Positions 1 through 9,787 of a stretch of DNA of 47,941 bases are shown piece by piece; position 1 is the first letter of the stretch, and each line of letters opens with the position of its first letter. The stretch lies in IMG/VR virus record IMGVR_UViG_2606217105_000017. The stretch is one strand, 5' to 3'. The notes under the pieces were generated by a model. It was given only the letters and a program-made list of their open reading frames with translations, ran no database searches and was not told the origin of the DNA. Made by a program: the position numbers and the translations under genes. The stretch is from a virus (Duplodnaviria; Heunggongvirae; Uroviricota; Caudoviricetes).

Positions 1-1236
1 CTACGATAACCGTGCATTCAACATGGCTACCTGTTCGTCGTTCATGTCATCAATCCACATACCGTAAATTTCATACACCATCTGCGCAGTTTCATGCCCC
101 ATTTGGCTGGCTATAAATGCCGGGTTCGCTCCTGCCGTCAACAGCCAGCAGGCAAAAGTATGCCGCGTATGGTACGGATTACGGCGGCGAATACCAGCAC
201 GTTTTACTGCTGCATTCCACCTTGCCCCCAAACTGCTTACCGAGTAATAAGGTTTTTGTTTTCCGTTACACACCCTGGGCATGAAAACAAAATGCAGTTT
301 TTGCTTTTCGGTTCTGCCGTACTCCCGATGATAAAAGGTGATTTCGCTTTTGCGATGATGCCCGGTCAGTTTGTATTGCTCCTTCAGTGCTTCAAGAGCA
401 GGCTGCAGTAGTGTTACTGTCCGGATCCCGGCATTTGTTTTTGGGGGACCGAACATATCAAGTATCGTCAGGTTTCTTCTGACATTCACTATTCCCTTTT
501 CGAGATCCACATCCTCCCACGCCAGAGCTGCCAGTTCCCCGTGACGAAGTCCTGAGTAAACGGCAAATTTCCACAAGTTCTGGCTCTGTCCTTTTTCACT
601 TTCCATTAATGCATTGAATTCTGTTTTAGATAACGGATCAGGCTTTATTCTGTTTCGCTGTAATTTTTTTACTCCTTCAAATGGTTTGGTTGATATAAAT
701 CCCGACTGATACGCAAAACGTAACAGCGAACAGAGCAGGGCGATATAGTTATCAACTGTGCGTACGGTTCTTCCTTTTTTGTTGGATCTTGGATTATCCA
801 GGTAAAGCGTTTCTCCATGCAGCAGTTCATTCCGGTAATTTAAGATATCGCTATAACGAATATGTGATATCGGGGTACTTTCACAAATTATTATTCTGAG
901 TGTTTTTAATTGTGATTTCGTTTTCTTCATTGTGTTTGTTGTTAACTCTGTTTCTTTAATTTTTGTCCAGATATCACAAAGCTCCCCGAACGTTTTTATG
1001 ACTCTCGTTGTCACCATTTTTGCCCCAGTGCTGGACTGGGGAAAACGTCTTAAATACTCAAATTCACCGGAGTTTATTTCATGAACTATCAGCGCTCTTA
1101 AATTTCCGGCCTTTTTAATATTACTGTTTGTAATCTCCCAGCCTTTTAATGTTTCCCGACATCGTTTTCCTCGAAACATGAACCAGATGCGAATGTATCT
1201 ACCTCTAATCTCGACACCTGTTGGTAATTTAGACAT
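1..1236 (-). CDS. intR: Phage tyrosine integrase, Rac IntR-like (411 aa); complete, stop codon is the first triplet of the window
   Basis: Full ORF with ATG at 1234-1236; C-terminal tyrosine-recombinase catalytic region (..RNPYHTRHTFACWLL..YEIYG..); N-terminus MSKLPTGVEIRGRY recalled as Rac-type integrase. Confidence 0.85.
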   Translation of the reverse strand: MSKLPTGVEIRGRYIRIWFMFRGKRCRETLKGWEITNSNIKKAGNLRALIVHEINSGEFEYLRRFPQSSTGAKMVTTRVIKTFGELCDIWTKIKETELTTNTMKKTKSQLKTLRIIICESTPISHIRYSDILNYRNELLHGETLYLDNPRSNKKGRTVRTVDNYIALLCSLLRFAYQSGFISTKPFEGVKKLQRNRIKPDPLSKTEFNALMESEKGQSQNLWKFAVYSGLRHGELAALAWEDVDLEKGIVNVRRNLTILDMFGPPKTNAGIRTVTLLQPALEALKEQYKLTGHHRKSEITFYHREYGRTEKQKLHFVFMPRVCNGKQKPYYSVSSLGARWNAAVKRAGIRRRNPYHTRHTFACWLLTAGANPAFIASQMGHETAQMVYEIYGMWIDDMNDEQVAMLNARLS

Positions 1237-1237
1237 A

Positions 1238-1453
1238 TCATGATTCTTTGATAAACTGATTTATCTTTGGATAGTTGTACCAGATAATTCCTCGTTTGCT
1301 GTCTGGCTTACCTAAAGGAGATACTCGTTTGAAGTGGAAGCCCTCCACCCAACAGTTCTGGCGGTATGCTTCAATTTGTCTGACCCCCAGACCAGTGCGA
1401 AGCATCAGGCCGTATTCAACCATCCACTCTTCATTAAAGATTACTTGTGCCAT
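1238..1453 (-). CDS. xisR: Excisionase-like small DNA-binding protein (71 aa from internal ATG; ORF track extends to 1477 with a TTG)
   Basis: Immediately upstream of int on the same strand, 2-nt spacing; size and position typical of lambdoid Xis. Confidence 0.6.
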   Translation of the reverse strand: MAQVIFNEEWMVEYGLMLRTGLGVRQIEAYRQNCWVEGFHFKRVSPLGKPDSKRGIIWYNYPKINQFIKES

Positions 1454-1552
1454 CGCATCACCTCTGGCAGGCGCCAATGTTAGACTGAAATTGACGCCCG
1501 ATGTTGATTATTAATAATCAGCTATGAAGTTTTAATTTGAATACAATGCAAC

Positions 1553-1753
1553 TCACGAGGACTGAAGTTTCTCGCAATTGAAATTAATCAGTTTTACTTT
1601 CTGCTCTCTGGAAACTCCTGCTTCTTTTTTACCTGAGAGCATTTTTTCGCATTCTGATTTCGTTAGTTTAGATTTTGAATATCTTGTCCAGTTAGTAGGA
1701 GTGCCACCTTCCTTTTCAATAGTGGCGGTAATTTTATACATGAACATCTCCAT
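1553..1753 (-). CDS. ydaC: YdaC-like small protein (DUF1187-like); alternative start at 1741 has the better SD
   Basis: ORF in Rac-like synteny between xis and ralR; three in-frame ATGs at 1753, 1747, 1741. Confidence 0.5.
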   Translation of the reverse strand: MEMFMYKITATIEKEGGTPTNWTRYSKSKLTKSECEKMLSGKKEAGVSREQKVKLINFNCEKLQSS

Positions 1754-1928
1754 TATTATTTCCAGTGGTTCGTTTATTCCATCTTTCGAGTGCTTCTTTT
1801 TCACTTCCACCATAACCGGTTCGGGATTCGCATGCGTTACACTTCGCTCGGTAATATCCTGAAATGGCTTTCACCGTTACTGATGGACAACCACAAAATG
1901 GACATGGTTTGACTTTTTCATACCGCAT
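1734..1928 (-). CDS. ralR: RalR/Lar restriction-alleviation protein, type I toxin (64 aa)
   Basis: Translation MRYEKVKPCPFCGCPSVTVKAISGYYRAKCNACESRTGYGGSEKEALERWNKRTTGNNNGDVHV, C4 zinc-ribbon, matches recalled Rac RalR; overlaps ydaC 5' end. Confidence 0.75.
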   Translation of the reverse strand: MRYEKVKPCPFCGCPSVTVKAISGYYRAKCNACESRTGYGGSEKEALERWNKRTTGNNNGDVHV

Positions 1929-1991
1929 TGTCTTTTCTCTCATATAATAAAATTTTGTGATGGCGGTGAGGCTACACCGCCAAAGTCAATA

Positions 1992-3095
1992 TTAGGATCC
2001 GATATATTCTGGTTTCATATCTGTCAGTGTCGTTTTATACGCCTCATATAATTCACCCAGATGTGGTCGAGCAGCATTCAGCGTATTTTCCAGAGCAGTA
2101 AATTTTTGTTCTGCTTCTGGATCACCTGATGAAGGCAGGTCATTTATCATCTTCTCGATACTGGCAATAGCATTGAGACGGTGATGACGCCGAACCACTT
2201 TTCCTTTAAGCTCGGCAAAGAATTCGCCGATCTGGTTTTTCTGATCCTCTATCTCTTGGCGTAATGCAGTGGTTTCCTCAGTCGTGGCCGCGCTTTCGAC
2301 ACGCTGCCGGAATTCATCAATCCACGCTTCGTCAATACGCTGTTCGATGGTTTCTGTTCGCTGCTCGCTTACCTCTCTATAATTCTGTACCGGCACAGGA
2401 TTGATGATTTTTTCCTGTGGCTCTTCCAGTTCGTCCGGGGTATACACGCCCAGGATGACGTCAGGACAATAAAGGCGAGCCCAGTATTTCAACGCCAGAT
2501 AGGCGAGCTGTTGTTTCGGGTTTGAGGTCCATAAAGGAGAATTACGCGTAATCACGCTGGAAAGAAACACCGGTTCTCCCCAGGTAATCTCACTTTCACC
2601 GCGAAGAACTGCACCAACTCGAACGGATAGACCATACTCATCTTCACTGGTCCAACATGGGATCGTTTCTTTTTTCTCATAGATTCCGCCTCCTTTGGCC
2701 GTTTTCTTAACGGTCTCCACTCGGGCGCGAGAGCATTTCTCCCAGTCTCCCTCGTACTTGTAATGGAAGCGGCCTACAATTGCACTTGAGCTAGAGATCA
2801 CAGCGTTAACAAGTTGTGCTTCATAACCCAGAACTCCGTTTACCAGGTGTGTTTTCTGAGCCACAGCGTAGGGGTTCATGCCCCATTGCATGGCTTGCAT
2901 GATGATTGCCATGCAGTCGGCAGGTTTTCCGCGAAGGTGATCGGGAACTGTGACGGTGGCCTGTGACATCAACCCGGCTACTTCCTGAAGTTGCGTCAAC
3001 GCCTGAACGTTAAAAATAGTGTTACTGGCAGAAATGGTATTTGGTGTCTGCTCTGTCGTGATGATATTGGTATTTTGCATGGTCAGGTTCTCCAT
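1992..3095 (-). CDS. RecT/Bet-family single-strand annealing protein (367 aa; SD-supported start may be the ATG at 3080)
   Basis: Directly downstream of and translationally coupled to the recE-like gene (TAATG overlap); central ..ADCMAIIMQAMQWGMNPYAVAQ.. segment resembles the RecT/Red-beta core; not identical to K-12 RecT. Confidence 0.65.
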   Translation of the reverse strand: MENLTMQNTNIITTEQTPNTISASNTIFNVQALTQLQEVAGLMSQATVTVPDHLRGKPADCMAIIMQAMQWGMNPYAVAQKTHLVNGVLGYEAQLVNAVISSSSAIVGRFHYKYEGDWEKCSRARVETVKKTAKGGGIYEKKETIPCWTSEDEYGLSVRVGAVLRGESEITWGEPVFLSSVITRNSPLWTSNPKQQLAYLALKYWARLYCPDVILGVYTPDELEEPQEKIINPVPVQNYREVSEQRTETIEQRIDEAWIDEFRQRVESAATTEETTALRQEIEDQKNQIGEFFAELKGKVVRRHHRLNAIASIEKMINDLPSSGDPEAEQKFTALENTLNAARPHLGELYEAYKTTLTDMKPEYIGS

Positions 3096-6000
3096 TAAGC
3101 CAGATGCAGTGCTTCAAGACGACGAAGATCAAAGTCGTTTAATTCGTCGGTATAACTTTCGGTAATCGGTGCTGGCCAGTTGTTTGTCTCTAGGGCTTCG
3201 TTTATCTGGCGTAGCGTCCGGCGATATTCCTGTCGACCAAGTTCCAGGAGTTCCTGCGAGGCTTCCACGACTGCCACCCAGTGATAGCCAACATCTTTGT
3301 TGACGAAGATCCAGAAAAATTTGTCCAGGTTTGCCACATCACAATACATTGCGGCGCTGAGGTGATAATCACGCTCAATAATTTCACGGTGCAGGCGATC
3401 TTTAAGTCGTTCCTGCCGCACATAACCGAGGCTGACTGACTTCACGTCAGCGCAAATGCTTTCGTATGGCAGCCGGATTTCGATATCAGGACGGACCCTG
3501 ATTTCCAGCCCGGTTTCTTCATCAAACCCGAAATAGCTGATTTCAGATTTGCGATCCGGGTGGTTGAGTAGCCTTGCTGTATCGGTATTGTTTTGCAGTG
3601 CCGCGTGAATATTTTTTGCCTGTTCATACATATCCGCACTGATAAACGTTTTCCCGGCGTTTTCTTCTTGCTGTCGTTTTTGCCAGTCCTCCAGTGTCAC
3701 CAGTTCCGGGCGAATTTTCCGTGCGATTTCGGTTAATTGCTCTTTTGTGCCACTGATGTTGTAAGGCAACGATTTAGCACGTTCTTTTTTTGCCAGTTCT
3801 GGATCTACAGTTTCAATTTGCTCCAGAAGCTGCTCCCGTGTTCCACTGGTTTTCAGCAGAGGAGGGAGGCTTGCGTTGTATTCTTTAATACAGGCTTTCA
3901 TTGCTGATGCTGTGTGTTTTTCCCCCTCAGGAATACGCCGAAATTCCTCCGGAAGCGAACCGTAAAGGATGCCTGTTTCTTCGGTCCCAGCGCTTACCGA
4001 CAGTGGCTGTATAAGAGTGCTGTTGTAGCTTTCGATCCACTCTTTCATCTGCTCTGGTGTCATCAGTGATGGCAGACTGGCATTGTATTTTTTAATGATG
4101 GTGATCAGTTCGTTAGAAGTAGTAACCACATATTCAGGAACCGGTACCGGAATGGCATATTCATCAGCGAATTTATCCGTTTCCAGAACGTAGCTGTGAA
4201 TGATCCGCCCACGCAGCAATGCATCACTTTCCTCGTTCGGAATAGTCCCGGCAATGTGCCGCCCGTGGTAATACATCAGACTGATGCGGGCATCCTTCAG
4301 CATTGTGCTGCTTATTCCGTTGGCGGAGTGATAAACCTCGTTCGGGAGGTTTTCATAGCGGCCAGGCTCGAAATATGACGGCCACATGATTTCAGTTGCT
4401 ACATTAGCTGACGCTTCACCAGTTTCATCACTGCAATCGTGATGCGGATGGTTGCCAGCATTCTCCTTGTGTGGATGTTCAGCGCTTTCCATTTCCTCCG
4501 GATCATTTTCCTGAACTTCAACCTGATTCTCTTCATCGAATGTTTCCTGGTATGTTGCGTCGCCCATCACCGCACCACAATCAGGGCAGTTGCCGCCGTC
4601 GGTCTGACCGCAGGCGGCGCAGGCTTTTTCCGGCTCCTGTTGCGTTATTGGCTCGGGTTGTTTCGTTTCTGGCTCGTTTTGTTGCGCATTTCGGCTGTTT
4701 TGTTCCGCTTTCTGGTCGTTCTGTTCCGTTTCTTGCTGGTTCTGATTCACTGAATCGCGGGTTTCAATCCCCTTCACCCATTTCGGATCGTTCGGGTCGC
4801 TAATTCCGTCAACAAATTCACCACGTGATGCAGCAAGTAATTTATCGGCATCGACAGGATTTTTTGATGGAATGTTTTTCCGGGCTTCATGGAGTTCTGC
4901 CCGCAGTTCCTGATATTTCGCATCAACAGAATTTACCTGTGACTGAGCATCCAGCGGCTGCGTGTCCTGATGATGTTCAGTTGCATTCGGTTCCACTGTT
5001 TCAGCCGTTGCCTGTTCATCTGCCATTGCGCCAGATGGTTGTGGCTTTTCTTCATCGTCCTGTTTTCCTTCTTCTGTCACACGCTGCGGCATCGGGGCAG
5101 AGGAGCGACCGCAGGCAATATCCACGATTTCCGGATCAGGGTTGGCATGATCAGTTTCAGTCAGTACTTTGTTCAGATATTCAGTGACGTGCGCGGGGAT
5201 GACCTCGATCCCAATTGGTGCTTCTTTCACGGACGCAACCACGGTGGCGCGGGAATAATCCAGCCCGCCAGGCATGGTGATGAATTTGTCGCGGAAAACA
5301 GAAAAGGGCGGTTTATTTTCAGCGATAATTTCCTCAATGCGTTTAGCGTGTGCCGGATGAAGGTTATAGATGTCCACGTCCATTGAACGGGCCAGTACGC
5401 CAGTGGCTACATCGCGTGCCAGTGACGTCAGATCGTGGACGAAACCTTCGCCGCGATCGGTGAGGTTCCCGCCGCCAGCATTAGCACCGGAAGCCGTGCG
5501 AGTGATGCGTGAAACACGATTCCCTTTCCTCCATTCTTTTGTCAGAAGACCACGATCAATGTGTTCGGTATCCAGCCAGGCTGAAATGAAATTCTTAAAT
5601 TCATAGGGCTGATGTTTTTTCGTGATAGAGAAAACTGCCTTAATTGCATCAGTCAGGCGGAGCAGGGCGGCATTATCCAGAGTTGTCGGTTCTGCCATGC
5701 CGCGTATGGCCAACAGCAGATTCTGGACATAGCTGTTTTCCTGGCCCATCTCAAGAGCAGTAATGTGTTCGCGTTGTTCACGGGTGGCATGATGCAGGTA
5801 TTTCCGATCCCCGGCCGCATACGTAAAAATGTGCAGAAGACGCTGTGTGAACCGCAAAGTGGCTACAGAAACTTCGCAATCCTGGCAATCCCCGTGGGCG
5901 TCTGCCTGCGCGTTTTCTTCCTGGCCTCCCGCCAGTTCTTTGGTTTCCTGGGTATTCTCCTGATGGTGAACGTCGTCTGGTGCTGCACCCGGTTTTAGTT

Positions 6001-6262
6001 CCCAGGTGATGGAGTCCTTGCCGAGTTGATAGCGTTCACACCACGTAAAATCGATCTCACCTTCAGGGGGAAGGTCATTAACGACAGGAAAATTAGTTGC
6101 AACAGTTTTAAAATAGTTGCTCAGTTTTTTACCTGACTTAACGATCAGGTAGTCCAGAGTGGCACTGGTCGATTCAAAATCGTCGCTTGCCCACAGGACG
6201 ACGTCAGGTTCACCGGATGATTTTTTCGCTTTCCGTAAAAGGAAGAGTGGTTTTGTGCTCAT
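3095..6262 (-). CDS. recE: RecE-like exonuclease VIII (1055 aa) with C-terminal PD-(D/E)xK exonuclease domain
   Basis: N-terminus [26 protein letters not shown] and central ..[37 protein letters not shown].. match recalled RecE; acidic linker with CxxC...CPDC motif. Confidence 0.8.
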   Translation of the reverse strand: MSTKPLFLLRKAKKSSGEPDVVLWASDDFESTSATLDYLIVKSGKKLSNYFKTVATNFPVVNDLPPEGEIDFTWCERYQLGKDSITWELKPGAAPDDVHHQENTQETKELAGGQEENAQADAHGDCQDCEVSVATLRFTQRLLHIFTYAAGDRKYLHHATREQREHITALEMGQENSYVQNLLLAIRGMAEPTTLDNAALLRLTDAIKAVFSITKKHQPYEFKNFISAWLDTEHIDRGLLTKEWRKGNRVSRITRTASGANAGGGNLTDRGEGFVHDLTSLARDVATGVLARSMDVDIYNLHPAHAKRIEEIIAENKPPFSVFRDKFITMPGGLDYSRATVVASVKEAPIGIEVIPAHVTEYLNKVLTETDHANPDPEIVDIACGRSSAPMPQRVTEEGKQDDEEKPQPSGAMADEQATAETVEPNATEHHQDTQPLDAQSQVNSVDAKYQELRAELHEARKNIPSKNPVDADKLLAASRGEFVDGISDPNDPKWVKGIETRDSVNQNQQETEQNDQKAEQNSRNAQQNEPETKQPEPITQQEPEKACAACGQTDGGNCPDCGAVMGDATYQETFDEENQVEVQENDPEEMESAEHPHKENAGNHPHHDCSDETGEASANVATEIMWPSYFEPGRYENLPNEVYHSANGISSTMLKDARISLMYYHGRHIAGTIPNEESDALLRGRIIHSYVLETDKFADEYAIPVPVPEYVVTTSNELITIIKKYNASLPSLMTPEQMKEWIESYNSTLIQPLSVSAGTEETGILYGSLPEEFRRIPEGEKHTASAMKACIKEYNASLPPLLKTSGTREQLLEQIETVDPELAKKERAKSLPYNISGTKEQLTEIARKIRPELVTLEDWQKRQQEENAGKTFISADMYEQAKNIHAALQNNTDTARLLNHPDRKSEISYFGFDEETGLEIRVRPDIEIRLPYESICADVKSVSLGYVRQERLKDRLHREIIERDYHLSAAMYCDVANLDKFFWIFVNKDVGYHWVAVVEASQELLELGRQEYRRTLRQINEALETNNWPAPITESYTDELNDFDLRRLEALHLA

Positions 6263-6361
6263 TGTTTTTTAACCTCAACTCAGATTAAAATTACTGCGAG
6301 TGATGAATAAATGTCCCAGGTTCTTCACTCAGGCCTGCACACTGTGCAGGCTTTCTTTTTT

Positions 6362-6637
6362 TCAGATTTCACCGTTTAATTTCATTGCGATCAGAGTTGC
6401 CAGAAATCCAGCTTTTTTTTCTGCGGGCAGATTCTTTCCGATGTGAACCAGGCACATTTTTGTGACACCTTCATCAAGTGTTTTAACGTTGCCTGATGGA
6501 CCGTCGATATCAACCACAGTGAAAGGGGTTTCTTTATTTTCTGTTTTAATCACGTAGCCAATGCGCTTTCCTTCCAGATTCACCTCGTGAACAATGTCAT
6601 CGGTAGTTACAACAGTGGCTTCATAATTGGTAATCAT
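6362..6637 (-). CDS. racC: RacC-like protein (91 aa from SD-supported ATG)
   Basis: Translation MITNYEATVVTTDDIVHEVNLEGKRIGYVIKTENKETPF..; AAGGAG 6 nt upstream of ATG at 6637. Confidence 0.7.
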   Translation of the reverse strand: MITNYEATVVTTDDIVHEVNLEGKRIGYVIKTENKETPFTVVDIDGPSGNVKTLDEGVTKMCLVHIGKNLPAEKKAGFLATLIAMKLNGEI

Positions 6638-6711
6638 GTTTTTCTCCTTAATTAAGGTTGAGCGAATCTCTACCATTTCTGGCATAAATTCAGTTTCGAA
6701 TAGTCAATTAA

Positions 6712-6888
6712 TTAAAGTTCGTGTGCCATCTGGTCTTTTTCGGCACAGATTTCACTACAATATTTTTTCATTTCCGTCGTTGGTATAACTCCACGCATGA
6801 AATGAAGTGGTCTTGTAATGATTTTGCTTTCTTCAATTTCTTTATTGCAAAGGTGATAAGCACATTTTATTTTCTTAGTCATTACCAT
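6712..6888 (-). CDS. ydaE: YdaE-like Cys-rich small protein (58 aa; below the ORF-track size cutoff)
   Basis: Hand-translated [58 protein letters not shown]; start overlaps kilR stop. Confidence 0.55.
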   Translation of the reverse strand: MVMTKKIKCAYHLCNKEIEESKIITRPLHFMRGVIPTTEMKKYCSEICAEKDQMAHEL

Positions 6889-7103
6889 GACTCCGCCTTT
6901 ACAGGTAAACCATCACGACCGAGGAAGACTTTAATCATGCAGTCAGAAATGCATGTTTTTGTAGTCAGGCTACGAATATAAAGTTTTCGCTTTTTAATAT
7001 TGTTTGCCGAGGCGATATATGTCCGACCTTCATGAAGAACATAATCGCCAGGGGTCACACACTGACGTGGTATTTCATCAGTTCCGAAGTGATGAGCAAT
7101 CAT
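6882..7103 (-). CDS. kilR: KilR-like FtsZ-targeting killing protein (73 aa)
   Basis: Translation [73 protein letters not shown]; GGAG 6 nt upstream of ATG at 7103. Confidence 0.75.
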   Translation of the reverse strand: MIAHHFGTDEIPRQCVTPGDYVLHEGRTYIASANNIKKRKLYIRSLTTKTCISDCMIKVFLGRDGLPVKAESW

Positions 7104-7511
7104 AATTATCTCCATTTTTACAAATGAATTTTGTCGATGCGGTGCCTGGTGCCTCCAGGTGACGTTAACCAGTTAACAATTAACGCCGGATAATCCACCC
7201 ATAACACTGATGCTTTTAACTGCGCCGCGTGCGCTTAGCCGCATTCACCGCATCACAAAATTCACTTTAAAAAGGGGCGGCAGGGCAGCTACGGAGTAGA
7301 ACTGATGCCGCCAAAAACTAGACACAGCAATGTCGTTATTTACAACCGGAGGCGCACTCCCACCATTTAAATTTAACAGACAAGACCGACTCTTTATGGA
7401 TACCGGAAATGCGCCTTCGTATTGTGCCCGGTTTTATTTCACCACCTCCGGGCTTTGGTGGCCTCGGCTATACCCCTACAGCAAGAATATTGAATTAATC
7501 CAATAAATGGT

Positions 7512-7664
7512 TTAGCTGGTATTTTTGGCAAGCCAGCGACGTGCGCCAGCTTCGGTTTTAAACGATTTGCTTTTGGTATACGTCATGGCGGTGAATGTGC
7601 CGTCCTGATTGGGAAACACGCCACATACCAGAGATTCGTTGTTGCCAAGATCGATAGTATCCAT
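7512..7664 (-). CDS. Small early-left protein, possibly YdaF-like (50 aa from internal ATG; ORF track extends to 7727 via TTG)
   Basis: ORF with GAGG-type SD before ATG at 7664; first gene of the leftward operon. Confidence 0.45.
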   Translation of the reverse strand: MDTIDLGNNESLVCGVFPNQDGTFTAMTYTKSKSFKTEAGARRWLAKNTS

Positions 7665-7871
7665 GTTGACCTCATTTCCCCTTAACGCCGGGTGGCGGAA
7701 CGTTTTATCTACTGCGCTTTGTATCAATCAACAACTGCCGTCATGTTCGTATGCCTCAGGCTGGCTACTTAGCCCTGTTCAGTGGCTGGATAACTCGAGG
7801 TATTGTCCTGCCGTTCTCTGGTGGGGCGTTGTTTGGATATGCTTATTAAACACAACACGTTTTCTTATGTC

Positions 7872-7886
7872 AACACGATATGTGTT
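7872..7886. promoter_or_regulatory. Candidate OL operator AACACgatatGTGTT (15-bp inverted repeat)
   Basis: Perfect 5-bp half-sites; same architecture as two sites in the repressor/cro intergenic region; lies upstream of the leftward operon. Confidence 0.45.
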
Positions 7887-7915
7887 TTATGGTGGGTATC
7901 ATATGATGATGGTAC

Positions 7916-7939
7916 AAAAAAGCCCGCTGATAGCGGGCT
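7916..7939 (-). terminator. Rho-independent terminator downstream of the repressor gene
   Basis: Hairpin AGCCCGC-tgata-GCGGGCT followed on the minus strand by a T6 run. Confidence 0.5.
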
Positions 7940-7969
7940 GATTGGCATATTACTGTGATAGCAAGATCA

Positions 7970-8389
7970 TTACTCCGGTGGGGGATTATCTTTAAGCCTG
8001 CCTCTCAAATATTTTTCTACATACTCATCGATTTCTTTTAGCCGGACTTCAAATAGCTCAATCATTCGTTGTTGTTCTGAGCCCGGTAGCTGGTTAAACA
8101 ACTCAAGAAGTTTTCGTTGGGATTCATTTAACCACAATTCAGAAGATTCCTGTTCTCCAAAGAGGAGCTCAGGAGGAGATATGCCAAGTGCCTTTCCCAA
8201 TACGACAGCGTCATGCACTCCAACATTTCTGCTGCCCGCCTCATAGTTACCTATACGCGATTGCGTCCATCCGCAGATTTCAGCAAGTTTTCCTTGAGAT
8301 AAACCAAGCTTCTGCCTGCGCTCTTTAAGACGCATTGCAATTTTGTCATTGAGCCTACTAGCGGCAATTTTTTCGTTTTCTTTTTCCAT
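7970..8389 (-). CDS. Prophage repressor, XRE-family HTH (CI/RacR-like, 139 aa); no S24 peptidase domain visible
   Basis: N-terminal HTH ..LKERRQKLGLSQGKLAEICGWTQSRIGNYEAG..; divergent from a cro-like gene. Confidence 0.7.
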   Translation of the reverse strand: MEKENEKIAASRLNDKIAMRLKERRQKLGLSQGKLAEICGWTQSRIGNYEAGSRNVGVHDAVVLGKALGISPPELLFGEQESSELWLNESQRKLLELFNQLPGSEQQRMIELFEVRLKEIDEYVEKYLRGRLKDNPPPE

Positions 8390-8400
8390 TGCATCCTTGT

Positions 8401-8415
8401 ATCACGAATCGTGAT
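8401..8415. promoter_or_regulatory. Candidate OR operator ATCACgaatcGTGAT
   Basis: Perfect 15-bp palindrome 12 bp from the repressor start codon. Confidence 0.45.
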
Positions 8416-8446
8416 TTACATAAAACACAAAACAGCTTGACCATAT

Positions 8447-8461
8447 AACACAATATGTGTT
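8447..8461. promoter_or_regulatory. Candidate OR operator AACACaatatGTGTT
   Basis: Same half-sites as the OL candidate at 7872; about 25 bp upstream of the cro-like start. Confidence 0.45.
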
Positions 8462-8485
8462 TAAAATTGTCATCGGAGGTTTTCA

Positions 8486-8728
8486 ATGAACAAAATTTCA
8501 ACATATCGAAAACAGCTTGGGCTGTCTCAAAGACAACTTGCTGTTCAGTTAGGGTGGATACAAAGCCGACTGGCAAATTACGAAGCAAATTTTCGTACCC
8601 CTGGACTAGAGGAGTGCAGAAAAATTGTTTCTACCCTTAATCGGCTTGGCGCTCATTGTGGACTTGACGATGTATTCCCCCCAGACGGTAAGCATAGCGA
8701 AAACAGCATAGGAGCGGTTGATTCATGA
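8486..8728 (+). CDS. Cro-like / YdaS-like HTH regulator (80 aa)
   Basis: HTH ..QLGLSQRQLAVQLGWIQSRLANYE..; GGAGG 6 nt upstream; divergent from repressor. Confidence 0.65.
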   Translation: MNKISTYRKQLGLSQRQLAVQLGWIQSRLANYEANFRTPGLEECRKIVSTLNRLGAHCGLDDVFPPDGKHSENSIGAVDS

Positions 8729-9147
8729 AAATCAGGCATGAGCACATCGAATCAGTGTTGTTAGCCCTGGCAGCCGAAAAAGGGCAGGCGTGGGTCGCTA
8801 ACGCAATTACTGAAGAATATCTGCGCCAGGGGGGCGGCGAATTGCCCCTTGTACCAGGCAAGGACTGGAACAATCAGCAGAATATCTATCACCGTTGGTT
8901 GAAAGGTGAAACGAAAGCGCAAAGGGAAAAAATTCAGAAACTGATTCCTGCGGTTCTGGCAATTCTTCCGCGCGAGCTGCGTCACCGACTCTGCATCTTC
9001 GATACCCTGGAACGCCGTGCATTACTGGCGGCGCAGGAAGCGTTGAGTACGGCAATTGATGCGCATGATGATGCAGTTCAGGCCGTTTACCGGAAAGCAC
9101 ATTTCAGCGGTGGTGGTTCGTCCGGCGATTCTGTTGTTGTTCATTAA
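8725..9147 (+). CDS. ydaT: YdaT-like protein (140 aa), CII-position regulator or toxin-like
   Basis: ATGA overlap with the cro-like gene; size and position as in Rac ydaS-ydaT. Confidence 0.55.
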   Translation: MKIRHEHIESVLLALAAEKGQAWVANAITEEYLRQGGGELPLVPGKDWNNQQNIYHRWLKGETKAQREKIQKLIPAVLAILPRELRHRLCIFDTLERRALLAAQEALSTAIDAHDDAVQAVYRKAHFSGGGSSGDSVVVH

Positions 9148-9159
9148 GGTGATGTGGTG

Positions 9160-9456
9160 ATGGAAAAATATGAACTGAAAAAATACCGACTTAAAACACT
9201 GGAAGGCGAAACATTGCTTCAGCGTATAGCCCGAAATGTTGCCTGGTATGCCATACGACTCTCTCTGCATCGCCATCTTGTTAACGGGTATCCCTCGTCA
9301 ACGCTGTTGTTCATCAATATCAAAGATAAAGAAAAAGCCGCAGAACACATTCGGTGGATGGAACTGGCGCAGGGACAAGCTCTTGATATTGAGTATGGCG
9401 ATGAGATCGACTACAGCAAAGCTCAACCGCTGCGCCACGTAATTTTTAGGGGGTGA
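9160..9456 (+). CDS. Hypothetical protein (98 aa)
   Basis: ORF with AAGGTGA SD; no recognisable motif. Confidence 0.45.
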   Translation: MEKYELKKYRLKTLEGETLLQRIARNVAWYAIRLSLHRHLVNGYPSSTLLFINIKDKEKAAEHIRWMELAQGQALDIEYGDEIDYSKAQPLRHVIFRG

Positions 9457-9708
9457 TTATGACATCTTTTCTTTTAGCTTTTGTAGGGCAACGATCGGTT
9501 CATCAATTTGGGTTGCATCCATTATCAACTCCAGTTTGTGATAAGCCCCGTAATTTAGCTCCTGTGTGTGGAATTCCTGGGCAAGTATTTTTACTCCTCC
9601 GCGATTGAGCATTCCTGAGGTGCTAAAAATTTTTGACTCGGTTCCAGTAATACTGTCCACCCAAAATTTTTGGGGGAATGGAGCAGACTTATCAAATGTA
9701 AAAGACAT
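9457..9708 (-). CDS. Hypothetical protein (83 aa), opposite orientation to the early-right operon
   Basis: Strong SD AAGGAGG 6 nt upstream of ATG; stop codon abuts the stop of the 9160-9456 gene with no spacer. Confidence 0.5.
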   Translation of the reverse strand: MSFTFDKSAPFPQKFWVDSITGTESKIFSTSGMLNRGGVKILAQEFHTQELNYGAYHKLELIMDATQIDEPIVALQKLKEKMS

Positions 9709-9787
9709 GTCGAACCTCCTTTGGTTCTGTTGATTGGGGAATCACAGATTATATCCGGAGGAAGGTTCGACACCAGATGAGGCAATT

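Noticed and set aside
94-411. 105-aa plus-strand ORF
   Set aside because: Embedded antisense within the integrase gene.
4196-5998. Series of plus-strand ORFs of 60-138 aa
   Set aside because: All lie inside and antisense to the large recE-like gene; Arg/Pro/Ser-rich low-complexity products and no SD sequences.
8358-8640. 76-aa minus-strand and 61-aa plus-strand ORFs spanning the repressor/cro intergenic region
   Set aside because: They overlap the operator and promoter region and the cro-like gene in wrong frames; superseded by the SD-supported 8486-8728 gene.
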